This document shows, piece after piece, positions 9,398 through 17,910 of a DNA stretch of 64,000 nt. The position numbers were made by a program, and so were the translations under genes. Position 1 is the first letter of the stretch, and each line of letters begins with the position of its first letter. The notes beneath the pieces were generated by a model that ran no database searches, was not told the origin of the DNA, and saw only the letters and a list, made by a program, of their open reading frames with translations. This DNA is from Alphaproteobacteria bacterium (GTDB lineage Bacteria > Pseudomonadota > Alphaproteobacteria > MPNO01 > UBA830). The stretch lies in contig OZ219790.1 in assembly GCA_964291215.2 (NCBI GenBank), positions 32,001 to 96,000 on the forward strand, given 5' to 3'.

Positions 9398-9575
9398 TGG
9401 AAGCCGCGCGGCGGTTCGCAGGACTGTCTTCGCAAGTGCGCGGCGGGCGCTGTCGCTCAAGCGCCGCTCGGGCTGAATGCCGGTGGCACAACGGCTTGCA
9501 TGGCCCGACGGGTTGAGCGGTCAGGAAGCGCGATTGGAACGCCCTTCGGCGCGGTGGTTCACACACCCGACGCGC
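9398..9575 (+). ncRNA. Candidate structured ncRNA or leader (copy 2)
   Basis: Stems gccgcgc/gcgcggc (9403-9409/9438-9444), cgctcaa/ttgagcg (9454-9460/9513-9519), tcgggc/gcccga (9468-9473/9503-9508) and gcgcg/cgcgc (9549-9553/9571-9575), directly downstream of a promoter. Confidence 0.4.
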
Positions 9576-10240
9576 TGCACACGACGCTGGCGACGCTGAT
9601 CACCCGGCGCTGCGGCGCAGACCAGGTCTTCCCGGTCAAGGGCGCCCGAAACCTTCGACGGCATCGACCGGGAGACGGATGCCAGCGGCCGCTTCAGGGA
9701 GGCAAGGCCCGCCTCGAGCAGCGCTCGATACGTGCCGCTCGAGGACCTGATCAACTACCCCGGCCAGACCGCCCGCATGCTACCGCAAGCCGCCGGGAAA
9801 GAGCGCCAGCGGCGCAGCGAGCGGCAACGACTGCACCGGTACATCATCACCTCGATCGATGCGCAACACGCGTCGCCAGAGGAACTGCTGCGGCCGCGGG
9901 CTGTGGAAAACATGAACCACCGAGACTGCGTCTTCGGCGAGGACGCCTGCCTGACCCGCAAACCGCGCCAGCCTCGACAACATCGCGCTCGCGGTGATCT
10001 TCGCCAACCGACGCGAGAGCCTTGCCGAAACACGGCAGCGGCTCGACCGCCGGGAAGCCGTCGCAGCCCTGAGCGCCAATGGTGTCCGGCCGATTCCCGG
10101 ACGCCGCCCACAACCCGCCCACATCCCGAAAACAACCCGCCCACGCGCCGCCGGCGACGACCGCGGACGGCTCCGAAGCCGGAAAACCCGGCACGCCGTG
10201 AAACCTCCGGACAGCAGAAGACAGCAAAATTGAATGCAGC
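9568..10240 (+). mobile_element. ISAs1-family transposase remnant
   Basis: Frameshifted fragments [16 protein letters not shown] and [19 protein letters not shown]; right boundary approximate. Confidence 0.7.
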
Positions 10241-10319
10241 GTGGGAAAGGCATGCGGCGCGTTGCGTCCGCGTTGCCGGCGATATATGTCTTTGGATCGG
10301 CAACGGACGAAAGACAGAG

Positions 10320-10835
10320 ATGGCGGAACAATACAGCAAGGCCTTTCCGGTCTCCTGGGACCAGCTTCATCGCGATGCAAAGGCGCTCGCCTGGCGCCTG
10401 ACGGCGGGTGCGGAACCCTGGCGCTGCGTCGTTGCAGTCACCCGCGGCGGTCTAGTACCGGCCGCAATCGTCGCCAGGGAGCTTGAGGTTCGCATGATCG
10501 ACACCATCTGCGTGTCCTCGTACGACCATCAGGATCACGGGGCACTGCAGCTTCTCAAGGGTATCGAGGACACCGAGCGGGGACGCAACATCCTGATCGT
10601 CGACGACCTTGTTGATACAGGACAAACCGCCCGGATCGTGCGCAACCTGCTGCCCGAGGCGCACTTTGCAACCGTCTACGCCAAGCCCGAGGGCCGTCCG
10701 ATGGTTGACACCTTCATCACCGAAGTCAGCCAGGACACCTGGATTTTCTTCCCCTGGGACACTGAGTTGCGCTTCGTCGAACCCATTGCGAAGCAGCCGC
10801 CGGGAACGGAGCCGGTGGCCGGCGCAGCCGGTTAG
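10320..10835 (+). CDS. gpt: Xanthine-guanine phosphoribosyltransferase
   Basis: [44 protein letters not shown]. Confidence 0.95.
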   Translation: MAEQYSKAFPVSWDQLHRDAKALAWRLTAGAEPWRCVVAVTRGGLVPAAIVARELEVRMIDTICVSSYDHQDHGALQLLKGIEDTERGRNILIVDDLVDTGQTARIVRNLLPEAHFATVYAKPEGRPMVDTFITEVSQDTWIFFPWDTELRFVEPIAKQPPGTEPVAGAAG

Positions 10836-10874
10836 CGGATTTCGCCTCCGATCGCTGGCGACCGGACCTCGCCT

Positions 10875-11807
10875 TCAATAGCCGCGCCCGCGGTCGACCC
10901 CGCCGGGCATTGATTCTCCGGCAAGGATCTGCGTTATGCTTCCGGCCAGGATCGAGCCGGCCTCTTCCGGCAGCGCCCAGGCGGCGGCATGGGGAAAGAG
11001 CGTGATTCCCGGGTGTTGCCAGAAGGGGTGGTCTCCGGGAAGCGGTTCCTCGCGGAAGACATCGAGCGTGGCATGGGACAGTTGTCCGCTGTCGAGGGCA
11101 TCGAGGAGATCCGCCTCGACAACATGCCTGCCCCGACCTGCGTTGATGAGCGTCGCACCCCGCGGCATCGCGCCCAGCAGAGTGGCGTCGATAATGTCTT
11201 CGGTCTCCGCCGTCAGCGGCAGCAAGCAGACAAGGATCTCGCTCCGTTCGACCAGCGGGAACAGGTCTTGATCGCCTGTGTACGTCCCAATTCCCTCGAT
11301 CGACTTGGGCGAAGCCGACCATCCGGATACCCGGAAGCCGAGATTGTGCAGTGTTTCGGCGCAGGCGCGCCCGAGATATCCGAGACCGAGAATCCCGACC
11401 CTGCGGCTCGGGGCCAGTGGCTGGTGCAACAGGTTCCATTGCCGACGCGATTGCTGGAGGCGGTATGCCGCTTCCTGCCGGTGATGGCGCAGCACCTCCA
11501 TGGTCACGAACTCGACCATCGCCGACCGAAGTCCCGGATCGATCAGCCGGACGACCGGAACTTCGTGTGGGAGCCCGGGATCGCGAAGCACATGCTCGAC
11601 ACCGGCGCCGAGCGAAAGGACCGCCCTGAGTCGGGGAAACGTCGCGAGGATACCCGGTGGCGGCTGCCAGACCACGGCTATGTCGATGTCTTCCGCCGGT
11701 CCCGTATCGCGAGGCCAGACCCGGAACTCGAGTTCCGGAAGCTCGGCCTCGAGCGCAACCTTCCAGCCTTCCGGATCTTCGCCGCGGCAGATGATGATGA
11801 CCGCCAT
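10875..11807 (-). CDS. ghrA: Glyoxylate/hydroxypyruvate reductase A-like D-2-hydroxyacid dehydrogenase
   Basis: SLGAGVEH, GILGLGYLG, LINAGRG, LDVFREEPLP, RGRGY end. Confidence 0.88.
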   Translation of the reverse strand: MAVIIICRGEDPEGWKVALEAELPELEFRVWPRDTGPAEDIDIAVVWQPPPGILATFPRLRAVLSLGAGVEHVLRDPGLPHEVPVVRLIDPGLRSAMVEFVTMEVLRHHRQEAAYRLQQSRRQWNLLHQPLAPSRRVGILGLGYLGRACAETLHNLGFRVSGWSASPKSIEGIGTYTGDQDLFPLVERSEILVCLLPLTAETEDIIDATLLGAMPRGATLINAGRGRHVVEADLLDALDSGQLSHATLDVFREEPLPGDHPFWQHPGITLFPHAAAWALPEEAGSILAGSITQILAGESMPGGVDRGRGY

Positions 11808-11893
11808 GCATCCAGTCTCCCGTCCTCGCAATTTGATATGCGTCCATTTTGGCGTTAATCCATGCCCGGGTCAGCAAGGGTGGGGGCAAGGCG

Positions 11894-12694
11894 GTGAAGG
11901 TCGGAATCGCTGGTTTTGGAACGATCGGACGGTCGATAGCCGCAGCTCTCGGGCGTGGCATCGAGGGCATGGAGCTTGCCGCCGTCTGTTCCGGGGACGA
12001 TGACCGAGCGCGCCGAGCCATGGCGGGACTCTGCGATCCGGTGCCGGTCGTCGAACCGGCAGCGCTTGCCGCGCGCTGCGACATCATCGTCGAGTGTGCG
12101 CCGAAGGCGGCCTTCCGATCGATTGCCGAGCCCGCGCTCGGGACCGGGCGGATCTTGGTGACGGTAAGCGCCGCCGCGATTCTCGAAAACCCCGAAATGG
12201 TCGAACTCGCCACGACGAACAGGGCGCAGATCATTCTTGCTACCGGCGCGCTCCTCGGCCTTGACGCCGTGCGCGCGGCGGCCGAGGGCGAGATCCACGA
12301 GGTGCGCATGATCACCCGCAAGCCGCCCGACTCGCTCGAGGGCGCGCCCTATCTGCTGGAAAACGGCGTATCGCTCGAAACTCTTCAGGAACCGCTGAGG
12401 GTCTTCGAGGGTTCGGCGCGCGAGGGCGCCCGCGGCTTTCCGGCCAACGTCAATGTGGCGGCGGCTCTCGGCCTTGCCGGGGTGGGGCCCGACCGGACCC
12501 GCCTCGAGATCTGGGCTGATCCCGCGCTCGATCGCAACACTCATCAGATCGAGGTCGACGCCGACACCGCGCGGTTCTCGCTGAAGATCGAGAACGTACC
12601 GACGGTCGAGAATCCGAAGACCGGAAAAATCACGGCCCTGAGCGTCATCGCTGCGCTGAGGGCGCTTACCGCGCCGCTTCGGGCGGGAAGCTGA
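11894..12694 (+). CDS. nadX: L-aspartate dehydrogenase
   Basis: GIAGFGTIG, TGALLGLD, FPANVNVAA, NPKTG. Confidence 0.9.
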   Translation: MKVGIAGFGTIGRSIAAALGRGIEGMELAAVCSGDDDRARRAMAGLCDPVPVVEPAALAARCDIIVECAPKAAFRSIAEPALGTGRILVTVSAAAILENPEMVELATTNRAQIILATGALLGLDAVRAAAEGEIHEVRMITRKPPDSLEGAPYLLENGVSLETLQEPLRVFEGSAREGARGFPANVNVAAALGLAGVGPDRTRLEIWADPALDRNTHQIEVDADTARFSLKIENVPTVENPKTGKITALSVIAALRALTAPLRAGS

Positions 12695-12719
12695 AACCTC
12701 CGCGGGAGCGCGAAACGAC

Positions 12720-13610
12720 ATGGAATACAAGACTCTCAAATGGGAACTCAGGGACAACCCTCAACGGCCCGGGGAACAGTCCATCGGGCTGCTTACATTC
12801 AACCGCCCAGAGTTCCTGAATGCGGTCGATGTCCGCATGCGGGTCGAACTCGATGTGCTCTGCGATGAAATCACCCACAACTCCAACCTCAAGGTCATCG
12901 TTGTCACTGGCGAGGGCAGGGCGTTTTCCGCTGGCGGCGACCTCAAGACCGAGGCCGGGCCGCTCGGCGCCGGTGAAGAGGATTTCGATTTTGGCAGCTT
13001 CGGCGCCTACCGGGATCTCGCCAGCTACTTCTTCAACGACCTCCGCCATCAGGTGCTGCAGCGCGCTTTCCGCAAGTTCGAGGACTTGCCCTGCATCGTG
13101 ATCGCCGCCATCAATGGGCCCGCGGTCGGAATCGGCCTTGAAATCTGCACACTCTGCGACCTGCGCTTTGCGTCGGACAGGGCACGGATGGGTGAGGTCG
13201 CGGTGCCGGCGGGATTCCTCCCCGAATCGGGGGGAGCGCGGAACCTTCCGAAACTGGTGGGCGTCGGCAAGGCCCTCGATCTGATCCTCACCGGGCGCAT
13301 CATCGATGCCGAAGAGGCGCTCGATATCGGTCTCGTCGAACGGATCTTCCCGCATGACGACCTGCTCCGCGGGACTTTCGCCTATGCTGGCGAGATCGCC
13401 TCCAACCCCTATCTCTCGGTGCGCTACGCCAAGGATCTGGTCAAGATGTACTGGAACCATAACCGCACCGACGAGGGTTGGGCGCGCGAATTCGCGGCGA
13501 TCCAGGAGATCACGCGCACCGGGGACTGCGTCGAGGGCATCCGCGCCTTCCTCGAGAAACGTCCGCCCCGTTACCGCGGTCCTCTCTATGGAGGCGAAAC
13601 GGATACATGA
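12720..13610 (+). CDS. Enoyl-CoA hydratase/isomerase family protein
   Basis: AFSAGGD, IAAINGPAVGIG, EGIRAFLEKR. Confidence 0.92.
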   Translation: MEYKTLKWELRDNPQRPGEQSIGLLTFNRPEFLNAVDVRMRVELDVLCDEITHNSNLKVIVVTGEGRAFSAGGDLKTEAGPLGAGEEDFDFGSFGAYRDLASYFFNDLRHQVLQRAFRKFEDLPCIVIAAINGPAVGIGLEICTLCDLRFASDRARMGEVAVPAGFLPESGGARNLPKLVGVGKALDLILTGRIIDAEEALDIGLVERIFPHDDLLRGTFAYAGEIASNPYLSVRYAKDLVKMYWNHNRTDEGWAREFAAIQEITRTGDCVEGIRAFLEKRPPRYRGPLYGGETDT

Positions 13611-15184
13611 CTCCGCCTCTCCCGGATCCGCCGCCAGGCTACCGGGCGATCCCGCCGCGTCTGAATATCGCCCGGGAAGCCGTCGGGAACATTGACACAA
13701 GATCTCTCGGGGACCGGACCGCCTTCGTCTGGGACGGCGGTCGGCTGAGTTATCGGGATCTCGAGGCCAGGGTCGACCGCCTCGGCCACGGGCTTGCGGC
13801 GTGCGGAATCGTGCGCGACATGCCCGTGCTCGTCATCATGCACAACTGCCACGAGTTCGCGGAGGCGGTGCTCGCGCTGTTCAAGCTCGGGGCCGTACCG
13901 GTTCTCGTCAACTCGCTCTCCGGAGCCGAGGAGCTCCGCTATGTCGCCGATCATTCGGAAGCCGCCGCTGCAATCGTCGTTGCCGGCCGCGCTGACACGT
14001 TGCAGGCCGCAGGGTGCAGTCTTCCGAGTGGCGTGGTCGTGGTACGCGGTACCCCAGCCGGTGGCGCCGTTGCATACGAGGCGCTCGTCGGGGGCGCTCC
14101 GGGAGCCTCTCTCGCCACTGCCGACACGGCAGCGGACGAGCCGGCGTTCATCGTCTACACCTCGGGGACTACTGGCCGGCCCAAGGGCATCGTCCATGCC
14201 CACCGCTGGATCGCTGCGCTCGGCGATTCCAACCGCTACCGCGTCCCGGTCGAAAGCGACGATCGTGCGCTCGCTACCGGCGAATGGAGCTTCATCAGCG
14301 CGCTCGGCCACAACGTCCTGTTTCCGCTCCGGAACGGCGTCACTGGCGTGATCCTCGAGGAGCGCCCCACGCCGGAGAATGTCCTCGCGGCCGTGGACCG
14401 GCACCGGGTGACGTTGCTTTACTCGGTAGCTACCGTCTACCGGCGCATCCTCGCCATTGACGATGTCGAGCGGCAGTACGACCTGTCCTCTCTTCGCGGC
14501 TGCAACGCTACCGGCGAGGCGCTCGAGGCAGCGACCTGGCAGGATTTCCGCGACCGGATCGGTTGCGACATCTGGGAGCATTACGGCCTTTCGGAAATGC
14601 AGATGGTGATGGGACAGGGCCCCCTGCTGCCCGTGCGGCCGGGATCCGTCGGCATCCCGATGCCGGGAACCATGGCTGCCGTCATGGACGACGATTACCG
14701 GCGCGTGGCCGACGGCGAGATCGGACACCTCCTCATCGCCTCCGACAATCCCGGCTTCTTTCTCGGCTACCACAGGGACCCTGAGAAGACGAGCGAAGTC
14801 GTCCGTGATGGCTGGTACCACACCGGAGATCTCGCCTTCCGCGATGCCGACGGCTTCTTCTGGATCGCCGGGCGCAGTGACGATTGCTTCAAGAGCCGCG
14901 GGATCCTGATCTCCCCCTACGAAGTCGAAAACGTGCTCCGCCAGTATCCCGGAATCGCGGAGGCCTGCGTGGTGCCGCTGGCCGACGGCGAGATCGGCAA
15001 CCGGATTCGTGCCGTGTGCGTGCTCCGTCAGAGCCACGCGCACCGGCGCGGGCTTGCCGACGATGTCAGGTCGCATGTCCGCGGTCGCATCGCACCCTAC
15101 AAGGTGCCGCATGTCGTGGAATTCGTCGATTCGCTCCCGAAGAGCGTCGTCGGCAAGATCCTGCGCCGGGAGCTGGCGTCCTGA
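13607..15184 (+). CDS. Acyl/aryl-CoA ligase (AMP-binding)
   Basis: YTSGTTGRPKG, HYGLSE, YHTGD, PKSVVGKI; ATGA overlap with the upstream gene. Confidence 0.92.
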   Translation: MTPPLPDPPPGYRAIPPRLNIAREAVGNIDTRSLGDRTAFVWDGGRLSYRDLEARVDRLGHGLAACGIVRDMPVLVIMHNCHEFAEAVLALFKLGAVPVLVNSLSGAEELRYVADHSEAAAAIVVAGRADTLQAAGCSLPSGVVVVRGTPAGGAVAYEALVGGAPGASLATADTAADEPAFIVYTSGTTGRPKGIVHAHRWIAALGDSNRYRVPVESDDRALATGEWSFISALGHNVLFPLRNGVTGVILEERPTPENVLAAVDRHRVTLLYSVATVYRRILAIDDVERQYDLSSLRGCNATGEALEAATWQDFRDRIGCDIWEHYGLSEMQMVMGQGPLLPVRPGSVGIPMPGTMAAVMDDDYRRVADGEIGHLLIASDNPGFFLGYHRDPEKTSEVVRDGWYHTGDLAFRDADGFFWIAGRSDDCFKSRGILISPYEVENVLRQYPGIAEACVVPLADGEIGNRIRAVCVLRQSHAHRRGLADDVRSHVRGRIAPYKVPHVVEFVDSLPKSVVGKILRRELAS

Positions 15185-16389
15185 CAGATCCTCCACAGCC
15201 GCGCACAGGCTGGCTGTTCTTGTCGGCCCTGGTCCTGATCACGCTGATCGGGCCCCTCGCCGTGCATATGTACATTCCGATCATGCCGACGATCCAGGCC
15301 GCGTTCGCGGTGTCGACGGAACTTGCGACCCTGAGCTTCAGCATGGTCCTGTTCGTTATGGCCTTCGGCACGCTCCTTTATGGCGGAGCGTCGGACCGGT
15401 TCGGCCGTCGTCCCGTGCTCCTTGCCGGGCTGTCGCTGTTCGTCGGTGGCTCGTTCGTGTGCGCCGTCGCCTGGAGTTTCGATATTCTCCTTCTCGGCCG
15501 CTTTTTGCAGGCGCTCGCGGCTGGTTGCGGCGTAGTACTGGCACGCGCGATCGCACGCGACGTCTACGGCCCCGAGAAGCTCGCCCAAGTCATCGCCTAC
15601 CTTACCGCGGCCTACGTGCTCGGGCCGACCCTCGCACCGCCGGCAGGGGGGTTCGTTTCCGACCTCTTCGGCTGGCACGGGGTCTTCGCCGGCGCGTCCG
15701 CGATGTCCCTGCTCGTGGTTCTCGCTGCCGTGCTGGTCATCCGTGAAACCCATCATGCGAGACGGGCGGCGCGGCGCCCGCTCGCCCAGTTCGGCGATTA
15801 TCGCCTGCTGGCCCGTAATCCGGTCTTTGTCGGCTATGCCTTCGCGCCCGCGATGACTTCAGGTTCGTTTTTTGCGCTGGCAGCCTACGCGTCCTATCTC
15901 ATGTCGGATCATTATCACGGATCGGCAGGCGAATACGGCCTTTACTTCATGTTGCTGACGGTCGGCTTCATGGCCGGAAACTTCATCTGCGGGCGCCTCG
16001 GCAGCCGTGTGCGCAGTGGCGACACGGTGTTGTTCGGCACTGCATCCGGGATCGCCGCCTCGCTGCTCCTCGCTGTTTTCGTCAGCCTCTTCCCGGCGGA
16101 GCCCTTGGCGCTGTTCGTCCCCGGGTTCTTCATCGGGGTCGGGCAGGGCCTGGCGATGCCCCACGCCCAGGCGATCGCGATCAATTCCGAACCCAAACTG
16201 ACCGGAACTGCCTCAGGTGCCGTGATGTGCCTTCATTTCCTGCTTGCGGCTATCGCCTCGCTCGGGATTTCGACCTTTTATGACGGAACATTCTTGCCGC
16301 TCTTGGTGGTACTTCTGGGGCTCACGGTTCTTTCGCTGTTCTCGGCGCTGTTCGGGTACGTGCACGCGCGCCGCCGGAGCGTCGCCTGA
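15181..16389 (+). CDS. Bcr/CflA-type MFS efflux transporter (start approximate)
   Basis: SDRFGRRPVLL, ARAIARDVY; about 12 hydrophobic segments. Confidence 0.88.
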   Translation: MTDPPQPRTGWLFLSALVLITLIGPLAVHMYIPIMPTIQAAFAVSTELATLSFSMVLFVMAFGTLLYGGASDRFGRRPVLLAGLSLFVGGSFVCAVAWSFDILLLGRFLQALAAGCGVVLARAIARDVYGPEKLAQVIAYLTAAYVLGPTLAPPAGGFVSDLFGWHGVFAGASAMSLLVVLAAVLVIRETHHARRAARRPLAQFGDYRLLARNPVFVGYAFAPAMTSGSFFALAAYASYLMSDHYHGSAGEYGLYFMLLTVGFMAGNFICGRLGSRVRSGDTVLFGTASGIAASLLLAVFVSLFPAEPLALFVPGFFIGVGQGLAMPHAQAIAINSEPKLTGTASGAVMCLHFLLAAIASLGISTFYDGTFLPLLVVLLGLTVLSLFSALFGYVHARRRSVA

Positions 16390-16406
16390 CGGCAGCAGTC
16401 CGGCCT

Positions 16407-17372
16407 TCAGGTGCGGTCGAAGACCGCTCCGTGCCGACCCAGCGCTTTGAGAGCTTCCAGGAGAGGTTCCCGGACCAGGATGTCGTCCTGCGTCACTGCG
16501 GGAAGGTCGGGATAAAGCTCGCCATAGAGCGTCAGCTGCCGCGCCCAGTGCGTCTCGGTCATTTCTCCGTTCACGGCGAAGGCGCCCGAGTCATGCTCCC
16601 ATTTCCAGATGGCGCGCAGCTGGTCTTCAGGTATCTCGACCGTCATGTGCGCCTCATAGACTCCGCGAAAGGTCGAAAACTCGTCATTGAGTGCACGCGA
16701 CGCACGCAACAGGCCGCAGACGAGGCCCGCAACCGTGTCGGGCCGCTGGCTTATGAAGGACTCGCGCGCTCCGAGCACACCATGCGGCTGGACCGGGACG
16801 AGCTCGCCGAGCGCTGCCGAATCGAGAAGGCAGTGAATGCGGTCGCCGTGAGAGAGCTCGAGAAACGCGGCCTCCTCGACGCGGATGAGGGAGGCGTCGA
16901 CTTCGCCTTCGAGGAGGAGGGCAATGCGTTCTGGCGGCGGGCCGGCGACACGCCATGAAATCCGCTCCTCGTCAATGCCGAGAGCGCGCACCACGAGCCG
17001 CGCCATGTGATGGCTGAGCGCATTGGTCCCGTCAATTGCCCATGCGGCGCCGGCGAGGTCGTCCGTCGATTCGATACCGATGCGAGTGACGAGATTCTGA
17101 GCAAGCCCCCGCGCCATGGAGACGAAGGCGCGGACCGGATTTCCCCCGGAGCGGCAGCGGATAAGCGGACCGAGCCCGCCATAGGAGACGTCGACGCTGC
17201 CGTCGCAGACGGCGTTGATGGCCGCGACTCCGCCATGGACCGGAGTCCAGCGGACATCGAGCCCCTCGTCGGCCCAGCATCCGAGCGTCGTCGCAGCTGC
17301 GCAGGCGAGGTCGTCTATTCCGAAGGTGGGGCCGGAGCCGGCGGCGAGGCATACCGTGTCCCTGTCAGCCAT
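16407..17372 (-). CDS. NitT/TauT (SsuA/NMT1-like) substrate-binding protein
   Basis: EGLDV...GGVAAINAVCDGSVDVS...ERIALLLEGEVDA. Confidence 0.7.
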   Translation of the reverse strand: MADRDTVCLAAGSGPTFGIDDLACAAATTLGCWADEGLDVRWTPVHGGVAAINAVCDGSVDVSYGGLGPLIRCRSGGNPVRAFVSMARGLAQNLVTRIGIESTDDLAGAAWAIDGTNALSHHMARLVVRALGIDEERISWRVAGPPPERIALLLEGEVDASLIRVEEAAFLELSHGDRIHCLLDSAALGELVPVQPHGVLGARESFISQRPDTVAGLVCGLLRASRALNDEFSTFRGVYEAHMTVEIPEDQLRAIWKWEHDSGAFAVNGEMTETHWARQLTLYGELYPDLPAVTQDDILVREPLLEALKALGRHGAVFDRT

Positions 17373-17850
17373 TGTCGGGTCCTTCCTGTTCCAAGGCGGC
17401 GCGGCGGCGCACGAAATGGAGGCTGGTGAGTGTCATGACGATTTCATCCCTCTGGTTGTAGGTGTCATAGCGTATGCGCACTGCGTCGTGCCCGCGCGCA
17501 CCGCGCGCCGGCGAGACCTCGATCACATGGGCCAGTACACGGAGCGTGTCGCCGGCCCGTACCGGCAGTTTCCAGCGCAGGCTGTCGACCCCCGGCGAGC
17601 CCATGCCGCTGGTGGCGAGTACTCCGGTGCGAGCGAACAGTCCGAAGGTTACCGCCGCCGTCTGATAGCCGGGAGCGATGAGGGCGCCGAAGCTGGTCTC
17701 TCTGGCGGCCACCGGGTCGGTGTGATAGGGGAGCGGCGCATAGCGCTGTCCGAATGCGATGATCTCCTCTTCGCCAAGGGTGCAGCTGTCCGTCTCGTAG
17801 ACTTGGCCTTCCTCGAAATCCTCGAAGAACAGCAGTTGTACGACCTTCAT
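17365..17850 (-). CDS. MaoC-family dehydratase
   Basis: FFEDFEEG, PYHTDP, FGALIAPG, LRWKLPVRAGDTL. Confidence 0.88.
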   Translation of the reverse strand: MKVVQLLFFEDFEEGQVYETDSCTLGEEEIIAFGQRYAPLPYHTDPVAARETSFGALIAPGYQTAAVTFGLFARTGVLATSGMGSPGVDSLRWKLPVRAGDTLRVLAHVIEVSPARGARGHDAVRIRYDTYNQRDEIVMTLTSLHFVRRRAALEQEGPDNG

Positions 17851-17910
17851 TCCCGTTTTTCCTCCGGTACCTGCGGCGGACGCTTCCGCTCCGTCGAAAC
17901 GCGGTCAGTC

